From Novosphingobium sp. (GTDB lineage: Bacteria; Pseudomonadota; Alphaproteobacteria; Sphingomonadales; Sphingomonadaceae), in contig JASGGD010000002.1 in assembly GCA_047605225.1 (NCBI GenBank), positions 7,696 through 71,695 of the forward strand: a DNA stretch of 64,000 bases, in the 5' to 3' direction. Shown one piece after another: positions 18,054-28,320 of this stretch. Each line of letters begins with the position of its first letter. Within the stretch, counting starts at the first letter, position 1. The notes under the pieces were generated by a model. That model saw nothing but the letters and a program-made list of their open reading frames with translations, searched no databases and had not been told where the DNA came from. Position numbers and translations under genes: made by a program.

Positions 18054-19610
18054 TCAAACATAATATTTGAAGGGCTGCTTTTCGTGGCCCTTGGCTGACC
18101 CCATTGTGAGGACATCGCCAACCATACGCGCAAACCGTACCGTGACCGGCAAGCCGTCATTAAAGTTGCAGCTGTTATAGTTGATCTTGGTCAGGCCCAT
18201 GATGTCCTCGAGGACCGACCGGATCTCGGGCTTGGCATATTTGCTGCGCATGACAGTGATGTGGAGCGGATTTGGGGTCTCCGGCCCGATATAGGTGTCA
18301 AGCTGGGGCACGTAGCCGGTCGTCCAGAGATAGGCCGTCTGCTGGTCGAGCAGGAGCGCTGTGCCGCGCAGGACCGGATAGTCGCCATCACGGAACAGCT
18401 TGGTTTCGCCGCCCGTCGTCCGAATTCGGACGCCGACCACGTTTGTCTCGTCGGAAGCCGCTGCGCAGAACGCGTTCCACTCCTCGTCATTGAAGTAGGT
18501 CTGCCCGTGAATGAAGAGCTCGCGGGGCGGCTCGCCATAGAGCTCCTGATATGTTTCGAGCACGAGATTGAGGAGCCGCTTCGCCGCGTCGGGCTTCAGG
18601 TGATATTCGTAGTCCCCCGACTTCCATGGACCGTTCGCTCCGCGGAATACGAGGCCGTCGCCTTCGTTCAGGAACATCTGCGCTGCGCAGCAGGCATGTC
18701 CCTCGGGGTCGTGGGGGAGGCTCTTGTAGACCATCCCGATATAGCAGACGCCCGGTCGGATTGTCGCCAGCCGCCACGGCGGCTTAGGCTGCGTCTTGTA
18801 GTAGAGACCCGTGGCGAGGTTCCAGGCAACCGTCGCGGCGTCCTGTGTCTTGCGCAGCGGATAGCCCGCCCTGTTCTTGAAAGCTTCAGGCGCCAGCGTG
18901 GTTTCGCGAACCAGCTGGGTCGGTGCGATGTTTAGGAACTCCGCTTTAATACGCCGATGGAAATCCGGCACGTCAGCGAAGATGTCCTCGTCCTTCTGGT
19001 CGATCACGCCGGCGGCCGCCAGAAGCGGGAGGACCTCCTTTGCTTTCTGGCGCCGCGCGAAATCGCCCGGAGCCATGGTGACCCCACTCCGGCGAGACTC
19101 TGGGCGGCAACGATCATAGATGATTTCGGGTAGCGCAAGCACCCACACATCGACGTCCTGCTCCTCGTTTCGCAGGTGCTTTCGGACCCGCTCGATGAAG
19201 AGCTTTGCAACCTTGTCGACAGCTTCGTGCAGGTTGACGATGCTCGTCGCCTTCTCGATATCCGCCAGCGGGATCGAGAGCGTGCTGATCTCGTCAGGCT
19301 CGAAACTGATCCCGAATGCTTCCTCCAGGCCAGGAAAGTTCGCAAGATGGAGGCGGTCCTGCTTTTCGCCCTTGCCCGGTGGCGGGACGGCGACGACCTG
19401 CTGGATCTTGCGCGCCCAAGAGCGAAAATGGCTGATCCCTTCCGTCGTCCCGACGACGCCGATACGGATATGGCGCGTTTTTTTCGAACGGGCGTGAGGG
19501 CCATAGAGGAAGAGGCCATCCTTGGGATGAGGGCTTCGCTGGCCGAGCGCAAATTCGAGATCAGGCTCGTGGATATGGTCGACAATGAGCGATGTCTCCG
19601 GGAACTTCAT
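18054..19610 (-). CDS. short prokaryotic Argonaute (MID-PIWI only)
   Basis: 518 aa, with no room for N/PAZ domains. PIWI-like blocks (..[19 protein letters not shown].., ..[10 protein letters not shown].., ..[23 protein letters not shown]..). The start codon overlaps the stop of the upstream APAZ-domain gene (ATGA at 19607-19610), as in SPARTA/SPARSA operons. Confidence 0.75.
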   Translation of the reverse strand: MKFPETSLIVDHIHEPDLEFALGQRSPHPKDGLFLYGPHARSKKTRHIRIGVVGTTEGISHFRSWARKIQQVVAVPPPGKGEKQDRLHLANFPGLEEAFGISFEPDEISTLSIPLADIEKATSIVNLHEAVDKVAKLFIERVRKHLRNEEQDVDVWVLALPEIIYDRCRPESRRSGVTMAPGDFARRQKAKEVLPLLAAAGVIDQKDEDIFADVPDFHRRIKAEFLNIAPTQLVRETTLAPEAFKNRAGYPLRKTQDAATVAWNLATGLYYKTQPKPPWRLATIRPGVCYIGMVYKSLPHDPEGHACCAAQMFLNEGDGLVFRGANGPWKSGDYEYHLKPDAAKRLLNLVLETYQELYGEPPRELFIHGQTYFNDEEWNAFCAAASDETNVVGVRIRTTGGETKLFRDGDYPVLRGTALLLDQQTAYLWTTGYVPQLDTYIGPETPNPLHITVMRSKYAKPEIRSVLEDIMGLTKINYNSCNFNDGLPVTVRFARMVGDVLTMGSAKGHEKQPFKYYV

Positions 19611-21523
19611 GCCGGATCCTCCTCATCGGCTTCAGGGCGACCCAGCGTACTCAGGTCAGTTTCTTCATCGTCTCCGCTTTGGGTATCCGGCAGGTCCGTG
19701 CTTATGGGCGACGAGAACAGGATGGGGGCTGCTTCCAGCACGACATCCTCAGACGCCGAAAGGCGAAGGCGTATATAGGCGGATTCTCCCGACAGCAGTT
19801 CGAGGAAGGCGAGCATCCGGCCATACCATTGCTTGTTGCGCCAACCCTTGCAGATCGTGCGCCGCAGCTTATGCATCTTCCGCTTGTCGTCAATTTCGAG
19901 GCCTTCTGTCGTGCCGTTGTCGCCGGCAAACAGGACTCGAGACTTCAGCTTGAAGTGCCAGAAGGGCCAGAAAAACGGAAGCGCAGTGACACCAAACTGC
20001 CAGATATGCCCTTTGGCGCGGTTCCGTAGCATGGAGGATCGCCGGTCACCCTGCTTGCCCCAGGGGATGCGCTGACCGATTGCCGCGACGGCGGTGGAGG
20101 CATGAAAGCCGGATCCGCCAGAGAACTGATACTCGATCAGCCCCTTTTCCCGGCAGAAGGCGAACCAGGCCTGTTTCATCATCACGTTGATTAAATTCTG
20201 GGCCGGCTGCTTCTCGAGACGCAGCTTGCGATCCCCCTCCTGAACAAGCCTATCCAACGCGATGCTGCGCTTCAGCTTAAAACGACCGACCGACGCGAAG
20301 GCCTCGGCGATTGCGTCTTCGCTCTCGAATGTCAGGATGCCGCGTCCTTGTACGGCGACTGGAAAAGGGTAGTTTGCCGCAAAGCGCTTCATTCGGTCGA
20401 GATCGACCACACCGGATGGCTCGTAAAAGTGGATGGCATCCGGCGCCTCGACGATCCGCAGCCAGTTGGATGTGAGCCGCTCCGGTTCATTCTTGAGCGG
20501 GATGGCGCCCCTGCGGCGAAAAATCTCCCAATTGGGGTCGATCGTGGCTGTATCGGTGCGCCGGGGAGCGCGCTGTCGTTTGAGCGTGTCGAGAAGAGTG
20601 CTCAGGCCCTCGCCCCAGCCGCGCACGAAATCGACGGCGATCGCGTCGCCGAGTCCTTTGATCTTGCGGCCCTGCTCGAGCTTGAGCTGGATGATGAAGC
20701 GGTTGTCGTCGATCGCCTTGGCAACGTCGAGTGCGATGTCGATGTCGTCCTGCATGGCCTGATCATCGGCGGTTGTATTACGGCACACGAGAAGGACTTT
20801 CGCCGCCCGGTGTTCGAGGGCGCGACTGACCTCTCGCCGCCAGCGATCGCCCGGTTGCAAAGTCAGGATGTCGGCAAAAACCAGATAGCCTTCTGCTTCC
20901 AGTTTCGGCGCAAGCCAAAGAGCGAATTCATCGTCCGATGGCGACGCCTTCAGGATGAAGAGAATGTCGCGGGCCGGCGGCTCGGCATCGGGGCTGGCAA
21001 CCGCCGGCAAAAGCCGAGCGAGTGCCGGCGGGACCGGCGCGGGTTTGGGCATGGCGTCGGAGACGGCCTGCGTGACGATGGATTTGAGGACCGCACTATC
21101 CTGTGCCCATAGCGCCTGATGCGCGATGACGATGGCTGGGAACTTGCGGAGCAGGCTGTTGAGGTCGCCCTGACCGAAGATGTCCCCGGTGCTGTGCAGC
21201 CACGGTCCGATCGCGCCTGCCAGGTCAGCCTTGTTCTTTGGGGTGAGAGTAGCCGATGTCGTCAGGATGTATCGACTGGGCTCCAGAGCATCGATGCTAG
21301 CGCGCTCCGTCTTCATCTTCGACAGGAGTTTGGCGGATCCGGAGCGCAGATACTGCTTCGCCTGGAGAATGATTGCGCCATCCGCAGTGGCATGCCGCCC
21401 GTCCATCCCGTCGTCAGGTCCTTCAGGGAAGGCTTCGAACCGAAGCCCCAGTTCAGCACCGATCAGATCGCGGCAAAGATCCTCAAATTGCGAATGGGAT
21501 AGGTTGGCGAAATCATAATCCAT
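19607..21523 (-). CDS. Mrr-like nuclease / TIR / APAZ three-domain partner of short pAgo
   Basis: ORF 19607..21559 (TTG); ATG 21523 preferred. The N-terminus [32 protein letters not shown] is the Mrr-type D..QxK motif. The middle [43 protein letters not shown] aligns by hand to the remembered MapSPARTA TIR. The C-terminal blocks [55 protein letters not shown] and an acidic tail match APAZ. Confidence 0.8.
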   Translation of the reverse strand: MDYDFANLSHSQFEDLCRDLIGAELGLRFEAFPEGPDDGMDGRHATADGAIILQAKQYLRSGSAKLLSKMKTERASIDALEPSRYILTTSATLTPKNKADLAGAIGPWLHSTGDIFGQGDLNSLLRKFPAIVIAHQALWAQDSAVLKSIVTQAVSDAMPKPAPVPPALARLLPAVASPDAEPPARDILFILKASPSDDEFALWLAPKLEAEGYLVFADILTLQPGDRWRREVSRALEHRAAKVLLVCRNTTADDQAMQDDIDIALDVAKAIDDNRFIIQLKLEQGRKIKGLGDAIAVDFVRGWGEGLSTLLDTLKRQRAPRRTDTATIDPNWEIFRRRGAIPLKNEPERLTSNWLRIVEAPDAIHFYEPSGVVDLDRMKRFAANYPFPVAVQGRGILTFESEDAIAEAFASVGRFKLKRSIALDRLVQEGDRKLRLEKQPAQNLINVMMKQAWFAFCREKGLIEYQFSGGSGFHASTAVAAIGQRIPWGKQGDRRSSMLRNRAKGHIWQFGVTALPFFWPFWHFKLKSRVLFAGDNGTTEGLEIDDKRKMHKLRRTICKGWRNKQWYGRMLAFLELLSGESAYIRLRLSASEDVVLEAAPILFSSPISTDLPDTQSGDDEETDLSTLGRPEADEEDPA

Positions 21524-21761
21524 CAAAGCTGTTTGTGGGATGCGTCGCACGCGGGTCAAGATCGCCTTGCGCGATTTTCAGATCTATCGAGCGATAGAGA
21601 ATTACGCAGCATGCCATCCGTGACATCTTGCCCGGAGAAAACTGGTAAAATGTTTCCGTTGCCATCGGCAGAGAGGGATCGAACCAGGTATTGAAAGGCT
21701 GTTCGGAAGAGACAGCCGTGGTAGCTCGGTTACTCACGTCACCGAGAATCAATTTCCTTCG

Positions 21762-23429
21762 ATGCCCCACCATATCTTCTTCTCCTGGCAGAGTGACACC
21801 GACAGCCGGATCGGCCGAGGCCTCATTCAATGGGCTCTCGATCGCGCTATCAGGGCGGTCAACGCAGACGCCGATGTCGACCCCGCCGATCGCGATCTGC
21901 GAGCCGATCGTGACACCGCCAATGTCCCTGGCATGCCACCCATTACTGATACGATTTTCGGCAAGATCGATCGCGCCGTCGCGTTCCTGTCCGACCTGAC
22001 TCACGTTGCGACCCGGGCCAATGGAGAGCGGTCACCCAATCCGAACGTCCTGCTTGAGCATGGCTGGGCGCTCAAGTCTCGCGGGTGGGGCAGCATCATC
22101 GGTGTCATGAACACCGCAATGGGGCATCCGGACGAGCATCCGCTTCCGTTTGATCTGCGGCACTTTCGCCGGCCGATCCTCTATCATTGCCCAGCAGATG
22201 CTGAGGATGAAGAGCGGCAGACGTCTCGTCTCGAGTTGCAGAAAAACCTGGAAGCGGCGCTTCGCGCGATCCTGGATGATGAGGTGCTTCGAGCTGCGCG
22301 CGTCCCGGCAGCACCCGCCGAACCCCATCCCCATGACGTCGCGCTGCTTCAGCGATACCGCCAGCAGCTCCCCGAGCGCCTCCGCCAATTTCTCCGGGAG
22401 CATAATTTCGGCACCCCCTATCCGCGGCGCGCGCTCGATCCGGTGGAGGAGATTGCCGCGACTTGGGCGGGCGCAGAATATGATTTCGAGGACGAGGTGT
22501 TGCAGGCCGCCGCGGTGGCGCTGCGCGTGGAGGCCCGATCGCTCATGGAACTTGTCTACGAGCGAATCCACATCATGCCCGCGAACGACAGGCTCGTCTG
22601 GGCGAAGACCGACTATGATGCTGCTCACGGAACCCAACAGGCGACGCTCGATGCGATAAAGGAGCTCAACACGAGGTCGGATCGTCTGATCGCCTCGATC
22701 GATGCTTTCGAGAAAGCGGGGCGCGCGCGTGTCAGGGTTGCGCTCGCGGCGCCGGCTGCGCCTCAGGTTGATCGACGTTGGGAAGCGGCCAGCACCACCA
22801 TCTCCGAGCTGGCCGCCGACCGCATGCGCGGCGGATTGCCGGGGATTATATCGACGCCCAGCATGACCCTTCGGATAGTACCCCTTGCGGCGATGGACAG
22901 GCCGGCTCTCGTTCCCAAGCGTGTCCAGGCGGCTACGGTTCACTTCCCGCCTCACATTGAGGCGCGTGTTTATTCAGACACCGACGAACGCCAGTGGTGG
23001 AGCTATGGTTTGCCGCTGAGGCAGACAGCCAACAATCCTGAGACAAGGTGGCTGACGCGGCTCGTCCGGCCGGGCGCAATCGAATATGAGGCGACGATCG
23101 GCGACAGGATCGACAACGATCCGGAAATCGTTGTTGATGGCCGTGACCTTGAAGCCGCGATCGTCACGCATCTGGAGCGCTTGACGCGTATAGCTGAGGC
23201 GGTCGGTCTCGGCGGACCAGGGTTGGTGGCCATCTCTTTTCGCGGCATCGAAGACGTCCAGTTGGCAAGAGTGCGGCCGGGTGGCCGGAAAATCCGAAAG
23301 CCCGAGCTTTTCCTGCCGGAATTGAGAGCCGAAGATCTCGGCGCGCCGATCCAGCCGCAGTTGCGCGACCAGTTCAATGTCCTGTGGCAGGCGTCAGGCT
23401 GGGCCGACGGCTCACCCTCTTTCGACTGA
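21762..23429 (+). CDS. TIR-like / nucleoside 2-deoxyribosyltransferase-like N-domain protein with unknown C-terminal region (candidate defence gene)
   Basis: 555 aa. N-terminus HIFFSWQSDTDS.. then ..AVAFLSDLT.......NPNVLLEHGWAL..GSIIGVMN....PFDL. This is the Rossmannoid pattern I associate with TIR-like/NDT-like (COG4271-type) domains. Transcribed divergently from the pAgo operon. Confidence 0.55.
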   Translation: MPHHIFFSWQSDTDSRIGRGLIQWALDRAIRAVNADADVDPADRDLRADRDTANVPGMPPITDTIFGKIDRAVAFLSDLTHVATRANGERSPNPNVLLEHGWALKSRGWGSIIGVMNTAMGHPDEHPLPFDLRHFRRPILYHCPADAEDEERQTSRLELQKNLEAALRAILDDEVLRAARVPAAPAEPHPHDVALLQRYRQQLPERLRQFLREHNFGTPYPRRALDPVEEIAATWAGAEYDFEDEVLQAAAVALRVEARSLMELVYERIHIMPANDRLVWAKTDYDAAHGTQQATLDAIKELNTRSDRLIASIDAFEKAGRARVRVALAAPAAPQVDRRWEAASTTISELAADRMRGGLPGIISTPSMTLRIVPLAAMDRPALVPKRVQAATVHFPPHIEARVYSDTDERQWWSYGLPLRQTANNPETRWLTRLVRPGAIEYEATIGDRIDNDPEIVVDGRDLEAAIVTHLERLTRIAEAVGLGGPGLVAISFRGIEDVQLARVRPGGRKIRKPELFLPELRAEDLGAPIQPQLRDQFNVLWQASGWADGSPSFD

Positions 23430-25062
23430 CGGGATCGACGTGGAGCTCAAGCCCCCACCACCTCAAACCGGAGATGCCGGCCTCACCGCGTTCCGCTCGT
23501 CAGCGAAACTGTACGAGGACACGCTACGAACCAGATTTTCCCGCGAATTTTATCGTCAGGATCTCGCACGGTGGCAGAAGCTCTATGCGACGCTTTCCGG
23601 TAAGAGAGAGCCTTGCTCTGCCGCAGCCGGGCATTTTGCGAAGCTTTCACGCCTGTGCGGTGAGTTGCTGTCGGAATATGGCCCAGAGGCACCGCCCAAG
23701 CGTCGGCAGCCGAAAGCGGTCAACTTGCTGCCGCTGTCTTACCCGGACTTTTCAGACGACATTACGCACCGGATCCATTTTCTGGAGGGCCCTGGGATCA
23801 GGCGGCAGCGCGGGGTGGAGCTGGCGGGTTATGCTCCGGCGGTGTCAAGGCAGACATCGGGTCGGGGCCGCATCCTGATCTCGGTGGGTGTACGCCGGGA
23901 TCAGGTTCGCCTCTTCGAGCGGCTAGTCGAGGCTGTCGGGGAGCTCGCCCAGGGCGACTATGAAGCCGCCGGCTTCGACATTGGCTACGTGATGCGTCCG
24001 CCGGACATTCCGCAGGGCCAGTCCTGGACTGCCAATCCGCTCGATCCCGCCCTCCCGATAGCGCGCATATGGGCCGATAATCATCATTCGCGAGGCTATA
24101 GCCGCCAGGCTCGGCTCTTGGGTGACCAGTGGAGCGGCGTCGACGGCAAAGGGCTTCCTGACGATCTGCCTGACTTGTCGGAAGGTCCTTGGGACCCCGA
24201 TCCATTGTGGCAGCGGGTGCTGGACCTCACCGAAGCCGATCGGTTGGTCGAGGCCATGGAGCTCGTCGCGGCGGTCCCGGGCAAGGACCGCGAGCCGCTT
24301 TATGACGAAGTGATCTACCTCCGCTTTCTCACGGCCACGAAGCTGCAAGCTCAGGACCTACGCCTGTTGGCGCGCAAGCATGCCGAGACATCACTGATCG
24401 CAGGCCGGCTGCTCGAGGAGTTTGAAGGGTTCATCGGTCATCTCCAGGCCGAATTTGATCTCAACCCGCCTGCGCTTCACGAGATGACCCGTCTTCGGCC
24501 GGATTTCGGCTCGACCATGCTGCCGCCAATGCCGCCAGCCTCGGATTGGGCTGCTTATCGCCGCTACAAGGCGCAGTTCGTCAATCCGAGCGGCCAGAGG
24601 GGGCGCATCTTCTCGATCAATATCGGCGTCGCCGACACCGGCGCTTCCGCATTCTTCGCGGATGCCATGGTCGCGGCCGAAGAAGCCTTTCGTCGCGCGC
24701 GATCGATACCCGAGATCGGCCGTGGCTGGGTCTCGGAGGTCGCGCTCCTCGATCTTGTTCGCACGATCTGGCCGTCAGCGATCCACCAATGGCGACCGGC
24801 GTTCCTCGGGATGCAGTCCATCGACATCCACATCCCCGAACTGCGGCTGGCGATTGAATATCAGGGGCAGCAGCATTATGAGCCGGTCGCGCTGTTCGGA
24901 GGGCAGGAAGGCTTTGAGCTTACCCGATCGCGCGATGAGAAAAAGCGCATGCTCCTGGAGCGCCACGGGGTGCGGTTGCTCGAATGGCGCTACGATATCG
25001 CGATCACGCGAGCCGAACTGTTGGCCCAGCTCACGGCATTGGGCGTTGTAATTCCCGACTAG
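23377..25062 (+). CDS. hypothetical protein with C-terminal Vsr/DUF559-like PD-(D/E)xK nuclease domain
   Basis: 561-aa ORF; an alternative in-frame GTG at 23440 lies just after the upstream stop. C-terminus ..GWVSEVALLDLVRTIWP..FLGMQSIDIHIPELRLAIEYQGQQHYEPV..RDEKKRMLLERHGVRLLEW matches the D..(E)YxG..H endonuclease fold of Vsr/DUF559-type domains. Confidence 0.6.
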   Translation: MSCGRRQAGPTAHPLSTDGIDVELKPPPPQTGDAGLTAFRSSAKLYEDTLRTRFSREFYRQDLARWQKLYATLSGKREPCSAAAGHFAKLSRLCGELLSEYGPEAPPKRRQPKAVNLLPLSYPDFSDDITHRIHFLEGPGIRRQRGVELAGYAPAVSRQTSGRGRILISVGVRRDQVRLFERLVEAVGELAQGDYEAAGFDIGYVMRPPDIPQGQSWTANPLDPALPIARIWADNHHSRGYSRQARLLGDQWSGVDGKGLPDDLPDLSEGPWDPDPLWQRVLDLTEADRLVEAMELVAAVPGKDREPLYDEVIYLRFLTATKLQAQDLRLLARKHAETSLIAGRLLEEFEGFIGHLQAEFDLNPPALHEMTRLRPDFGSTMLPPMPPASDWAAYRRYKAQFVNPSGQRGRIFSINIGVADTGASAFFADAMVAAEEAFRRARSIPEIGRGWVSEVALLDLVRTIWPSAIHQWRPAFLGMQSIDIHIPELRLAIEYQGQQHYEPVALFGGQEGFELTRSRDEKKRMLLERHGVRLLEWRYDIAITRAELLAQLTALGVVIPD

Positions 25063-25192
25063 ACGGCCAACGACTTCTGCCGCGGACCCGAGCGTGTCGG
25101 CGAGCGACGTCTTGCGTGTGATGCCCAAGGGCAGCCTCAGCGTGACGCAGATCTATCCGCCACCCGAGGTTCAGCCCGCATTGATCTGATTC

Positions 25193-28087
25193 CTAGCGGC
25201 CGTGGCAGCGTTTGTATTTCTGCCCTGAGCCGCACGGGCAGCGTTCGTTTCGCCCGACCTTCTTGCGCGGTTCTATGGATGGTCTCACACCGCTCCGCTG
25301 GTCAAAAAGTGCCTGGAGTGGGGCGGGTATATCGACGCGGCGCTGAGGTGGGCCACCATAGCGTCGGACATTCTCGATGATCTGCTTCTGATCCTGGAAT
25401 GCCGCACGGTGCCCGGGAGCCATCGCCTCCTCATAAGGGCCAAGGCGCCGCACCTCATTCGCCGCCGCCTGATGATCGCCGCAATAGGCGAGAACCACCG
25501 CGTAGAGCGCCCGGAGCTCGAGCACATCGGACGTAAGGCCGATCGCCTGGATCACCGGGAAAATGTTGCGCTCGATCGTATAGCGGGCGGACTCGAAATC
25601 ATTCACCCACACAAACTCATCGACCAGGTCCATGCCGACGCGCACAAAGGATGAGTATGCCTGTGCGAGTTCGTAAAATTTCATCGCGTGGATGCGCGCC
25701 ATGGTGGAGCGCTGGCTCTTCCGACCGGCCGCCTGGGCGAGAAGGTCGAGCGTGTCGGCGAGATGTTTCAGCTGGTCGGTATTATCGCGTCCTTTGGGCA
25801 AAAGGGGCCGGAGCTGGGGAGGGTTGCGGCCCATGACGTCGTCAGGCGTCAGGCCAAGGGCATCATAATATTCTTCGACCAACTCAACCGCTTCGTCGAT
25901 CGCCGTCGCGTTGTCGCCCAGCTTGAAAAAGGCAAGCGCGCGGTTGTACCGGAAGACGCGCATATGTTCTGCCTTAGCTGGCAGCCGCTCTTTGACGAGG
26001 CCTAGCATCTCGTCGACCCCCGCGGCGTCCCCGACCATCGACTTGAGCAGCATGCGCTTCATGCCCCAGGCAAGCCATTCGTCCTCGCCAAGTTCATGGT
26101 TGTCGAGAAGCGCCTTCATCGCGTCGATGCGCGTCTCACCTACCTCGGTTTGCCCGGTTCGCAGGTCATTGAACACGAGGCCATCGAGCGCCCAGAGCCG
26201 GACTTCAGCCTCAGCCGCCTCGTCAGCGGCAATCGCATGAAGATAAGGCTCGATTTCAGGCCAGACGCCCATCTCGTGGAAGAGCTCGTCGGTTGCGAAC
26301 TGGACAAGGATCATCGCGTCGCCCAGCTGCCCGAAAAGGCGAATAAGCAGGTTGAGCTTCCCAATGCTCCAGTCCTCACGGATAGAGCGCATTATGATGC
26401 CGCGCAGGACCTCCCGAGCCTTTTTCTCAAGATCAGGTCCGCGTGAGGTGAGCTCCGCTCTACCAAGCATCCGCACTGCATCATGTATCTTGAGGCCCGT
26501 CATGCCGAACAGTTCGAGCGCTCCGGTCGAGGGCAGGGCGTGCAGGCGCGCAGCCGCTCGCTTCATGTCGAGATCGCAAGCGTCCTGCAGCAGCTTGATT
26601 GCTTCATCCTTTGAAAGTGAAACATCGGCGACACTCAGCACGGCCACGCTTTCCCGCACTTCGGTAGGGAGGCCTTCAAAGGCCCTCCGCAGGATGATCT
26701 CCTGCGCCGTCTCGACGATGTGGGTCTGCGCCTCCACATCTACGCAGAAGCCTTCAATCGATCCGCCATAATCACGCGCGGCGACAGTGCCTGCGTTCAG
26801 GACATAGAAGGGTAGGCCGCCGGTCAGACGTGAAAGGCGCTGGCAGTCTGCAAAGTCCGCGACGCAGCCCGCATCATGGGTTGCTGCGGCAATCGTGTCC
26901 TCATCCCACCCGCTCAGCGCCTCGGCCTGGATACTGAGCCGCGCCTCGAGCGCGGCAACATCCGGGTCCGGCTGGCAAAGGAGGAGCAGACGCAGGTTCG
27001 GCGCGCGACTGACGATCGCCTCGATGTCTGTCGCCGGTATCCGGTGGGCATTGTCGATGACAACATCGGCATGCAGGCCCTCTCTTCCGAGCGTGACGCT
27101 CAGGGTTCCCAACATGTCGAGGCCACTTGCGCCGGGCAGCAGAATTTCGCCGAGCTTGCCGGTCGAGCGGCCGTACATTTTCCCCGCGACCTCGCGCGCC
27201 ACGGCAGAGGCAAGCGCGGGGCCGGGCATCTCGACGACGTCGATGTAGGTGACGGGCAGGGGAGCATGTTGCGCCGCTTCCGCAACCCATGCCGTCTTTC
27301 CGGCGCCCGAAAGCCCCGCGATAATCCGGACAGGCTGTTCTGTCAGCAACGCTGGCTCGTTGATCTGCGCGCGATAGACCGAAGGGGGCGTAGGCAGCTC
27401 CTGCATCTGCACGATCAGCTGCTCGAAGAGCTCTGGTAGCTCAGCCGATGAAAAGCTGTGATCTGACCGTGGTGGAGATCCGGCCGATGCCAACATCACC
27501 TGACTGGCGAGTTTCCATGTCAGTGTTTCCGGCCGGAGCAGGGCGAACGGAAGCTCACCCGCGAGCTCAGAGCATTTCGCGACCGCATCGGAGAGATCGC
27601 GCGGGGGGCAGGGCAGGCACGTTTCCTTTGGCTCAGGACCGTCCGGCCAGTGCAATGCTACATCCTTCGGCCAGTCGGCGGATCCGAGCTGCTTCTCCAA
27701 CGGACCGTTCGGAGCAGCATTCGAGGCGATGACGAAACTCGCAGCACCAGCGCGATCACCGTTGACGTGCTTAGCCCGGATCTCGCTGAACCGTTCCAGT
27801 GCTCCGGAAATGTCACCTGCGGCAAGCTTTCCGACACGCGTCTTGACCTGAACATATATCCGCCGGTCCGGCAGGACGATCTCAACATCCTCATCGCCTT
27901 CAACGATGACTTGTTGGACGCCGGCAGCCCCGGCCAGGAGCAGGGACATCGCGCCATAGAGGTGCTGATAGAGGAAGCCGCGATGAACGGCTTCGATCCG
28001 GATCAACTGCTTTTCGTCGATGACCGCGAGGGTATCAACGGGAGAAACTTCGCCGCTGGAATTCGCGGCCTCTGCGTCTTCGGCCAA
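25193..28087 (-). CDS. STAND-type P-loop NTPase with N-terminal Cap4/DUF4297-like nuclease domain, helical-repeat C-region and terminal SEC-C motif (Avs-like candidate)
   Basis: 964 aa with a TTG start after GAGG. N-domain HRGFLYQHLY..VIVEGDEDVEIVL..IYVQVKTR (E/D..QxK). Walker A IIAGLSGAGKTAW and Walker B ADVVIDNAH. Long alpha-helical C-half, ending ..RNERCPCGSGQKYKRCHGR (SEC-C zinc motif). Confidence 0.7.
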   Translation of the reverse strand: MAEDAEAANSSGEVSPVDTLAVIDEKQLIRIEAVHRGFLYQHLYGAMSLLLAGAAGVQQVIVEGDEDVEIVLPDRRIYVQVKTRVGKLAAGDISGALERFSEIRAKHVNGDRAGAASFVIASNAAPNGPLEKQLGSADWPKDVALHWPDGPEPKETCLPCPPRDLSDAVAKCSELAGELPFALLRPETLTWKLASQVMLASAGSPPRSDHSFSSAELPELFEQLIVQMQELPTPPSVYRAQINEPALLTEQPVRIIAGLSGAGKTAWVAEAAQHAPLPVTYIDVVEMPGPALASAVAREVAGKMYGRSTGKLGEILLPGASGLDMLGTLSVTLGREGLHADVVIDNAHRIPATDIEAIVSRAPNLRLLLLCQPDPDVAALEARLSIQAEALSGWDEDTIAAATHDAGCVADFADCQRLSRLTGGLPFYVLNAGTVAARDYGGSIEGFCVDVEAQTHIVETAQEIILRRAFEGLPTEVRESVAVLSVADVSLSKDEAIKLLQDACDLDMKRAAARLHALPSTGALELFGMTGLKIHDAVRMLGRAELTSRGPDLEKKAREVLRGIIMRSIREDWSIGKLNLLIRLFGQLGDAMILVQFATDELFHEMGVWPEIEPYLHAIAADEAAEAEVRLWALDGLVFNDLRTGQTEVGETRIDAMKALLDNHELGEDEWLAWGMKRMLLKSMVGDAAGVDEMLGLVKERLPAKAEHMRVFRYNRALAFFKLGDNATAIDEAVELVEEYYDALGLTPDDVMGRNPPQLRPLLPKGRDNTDQLKHLADTLDLLAQAAGRKSQRSTMARIHAMKFYELAQAYSSFVRVGMDLVDEFVWVNDFESARYTIERNIFPVIQAIGLTSDVLELRALYAVVLAYCGDHQAAANEVRRLGPYEEAMAPGHRAAFQDQKQIIENVRRYGGPPQRRVDIPAPLQALFDQRSGVRPSIEPRKKVGRNERCPCGSGQKYKRCHGR

Positions 28088-28320
28088 GCGAACCTCGCGA
28101 TCGAACAGATGGTCTTTGGAGAGTAGCCTAAGATACCGTCCCTGTCACGACCGTGTGGCAATGTAACGGCTCAGTTCCATTTTCTAACTCCTTATTTTCG
28201 CAGAGATAATTGATCCCGCTCGGATCATCGCAACGGCAATCGGTTCGGCGCGCTTTTGACGAGCGCTGCCCTTAAAAGCCCCCTCGTCATGCCTACTTCC
28301 CATCCCAAAGGAGAAACGGC

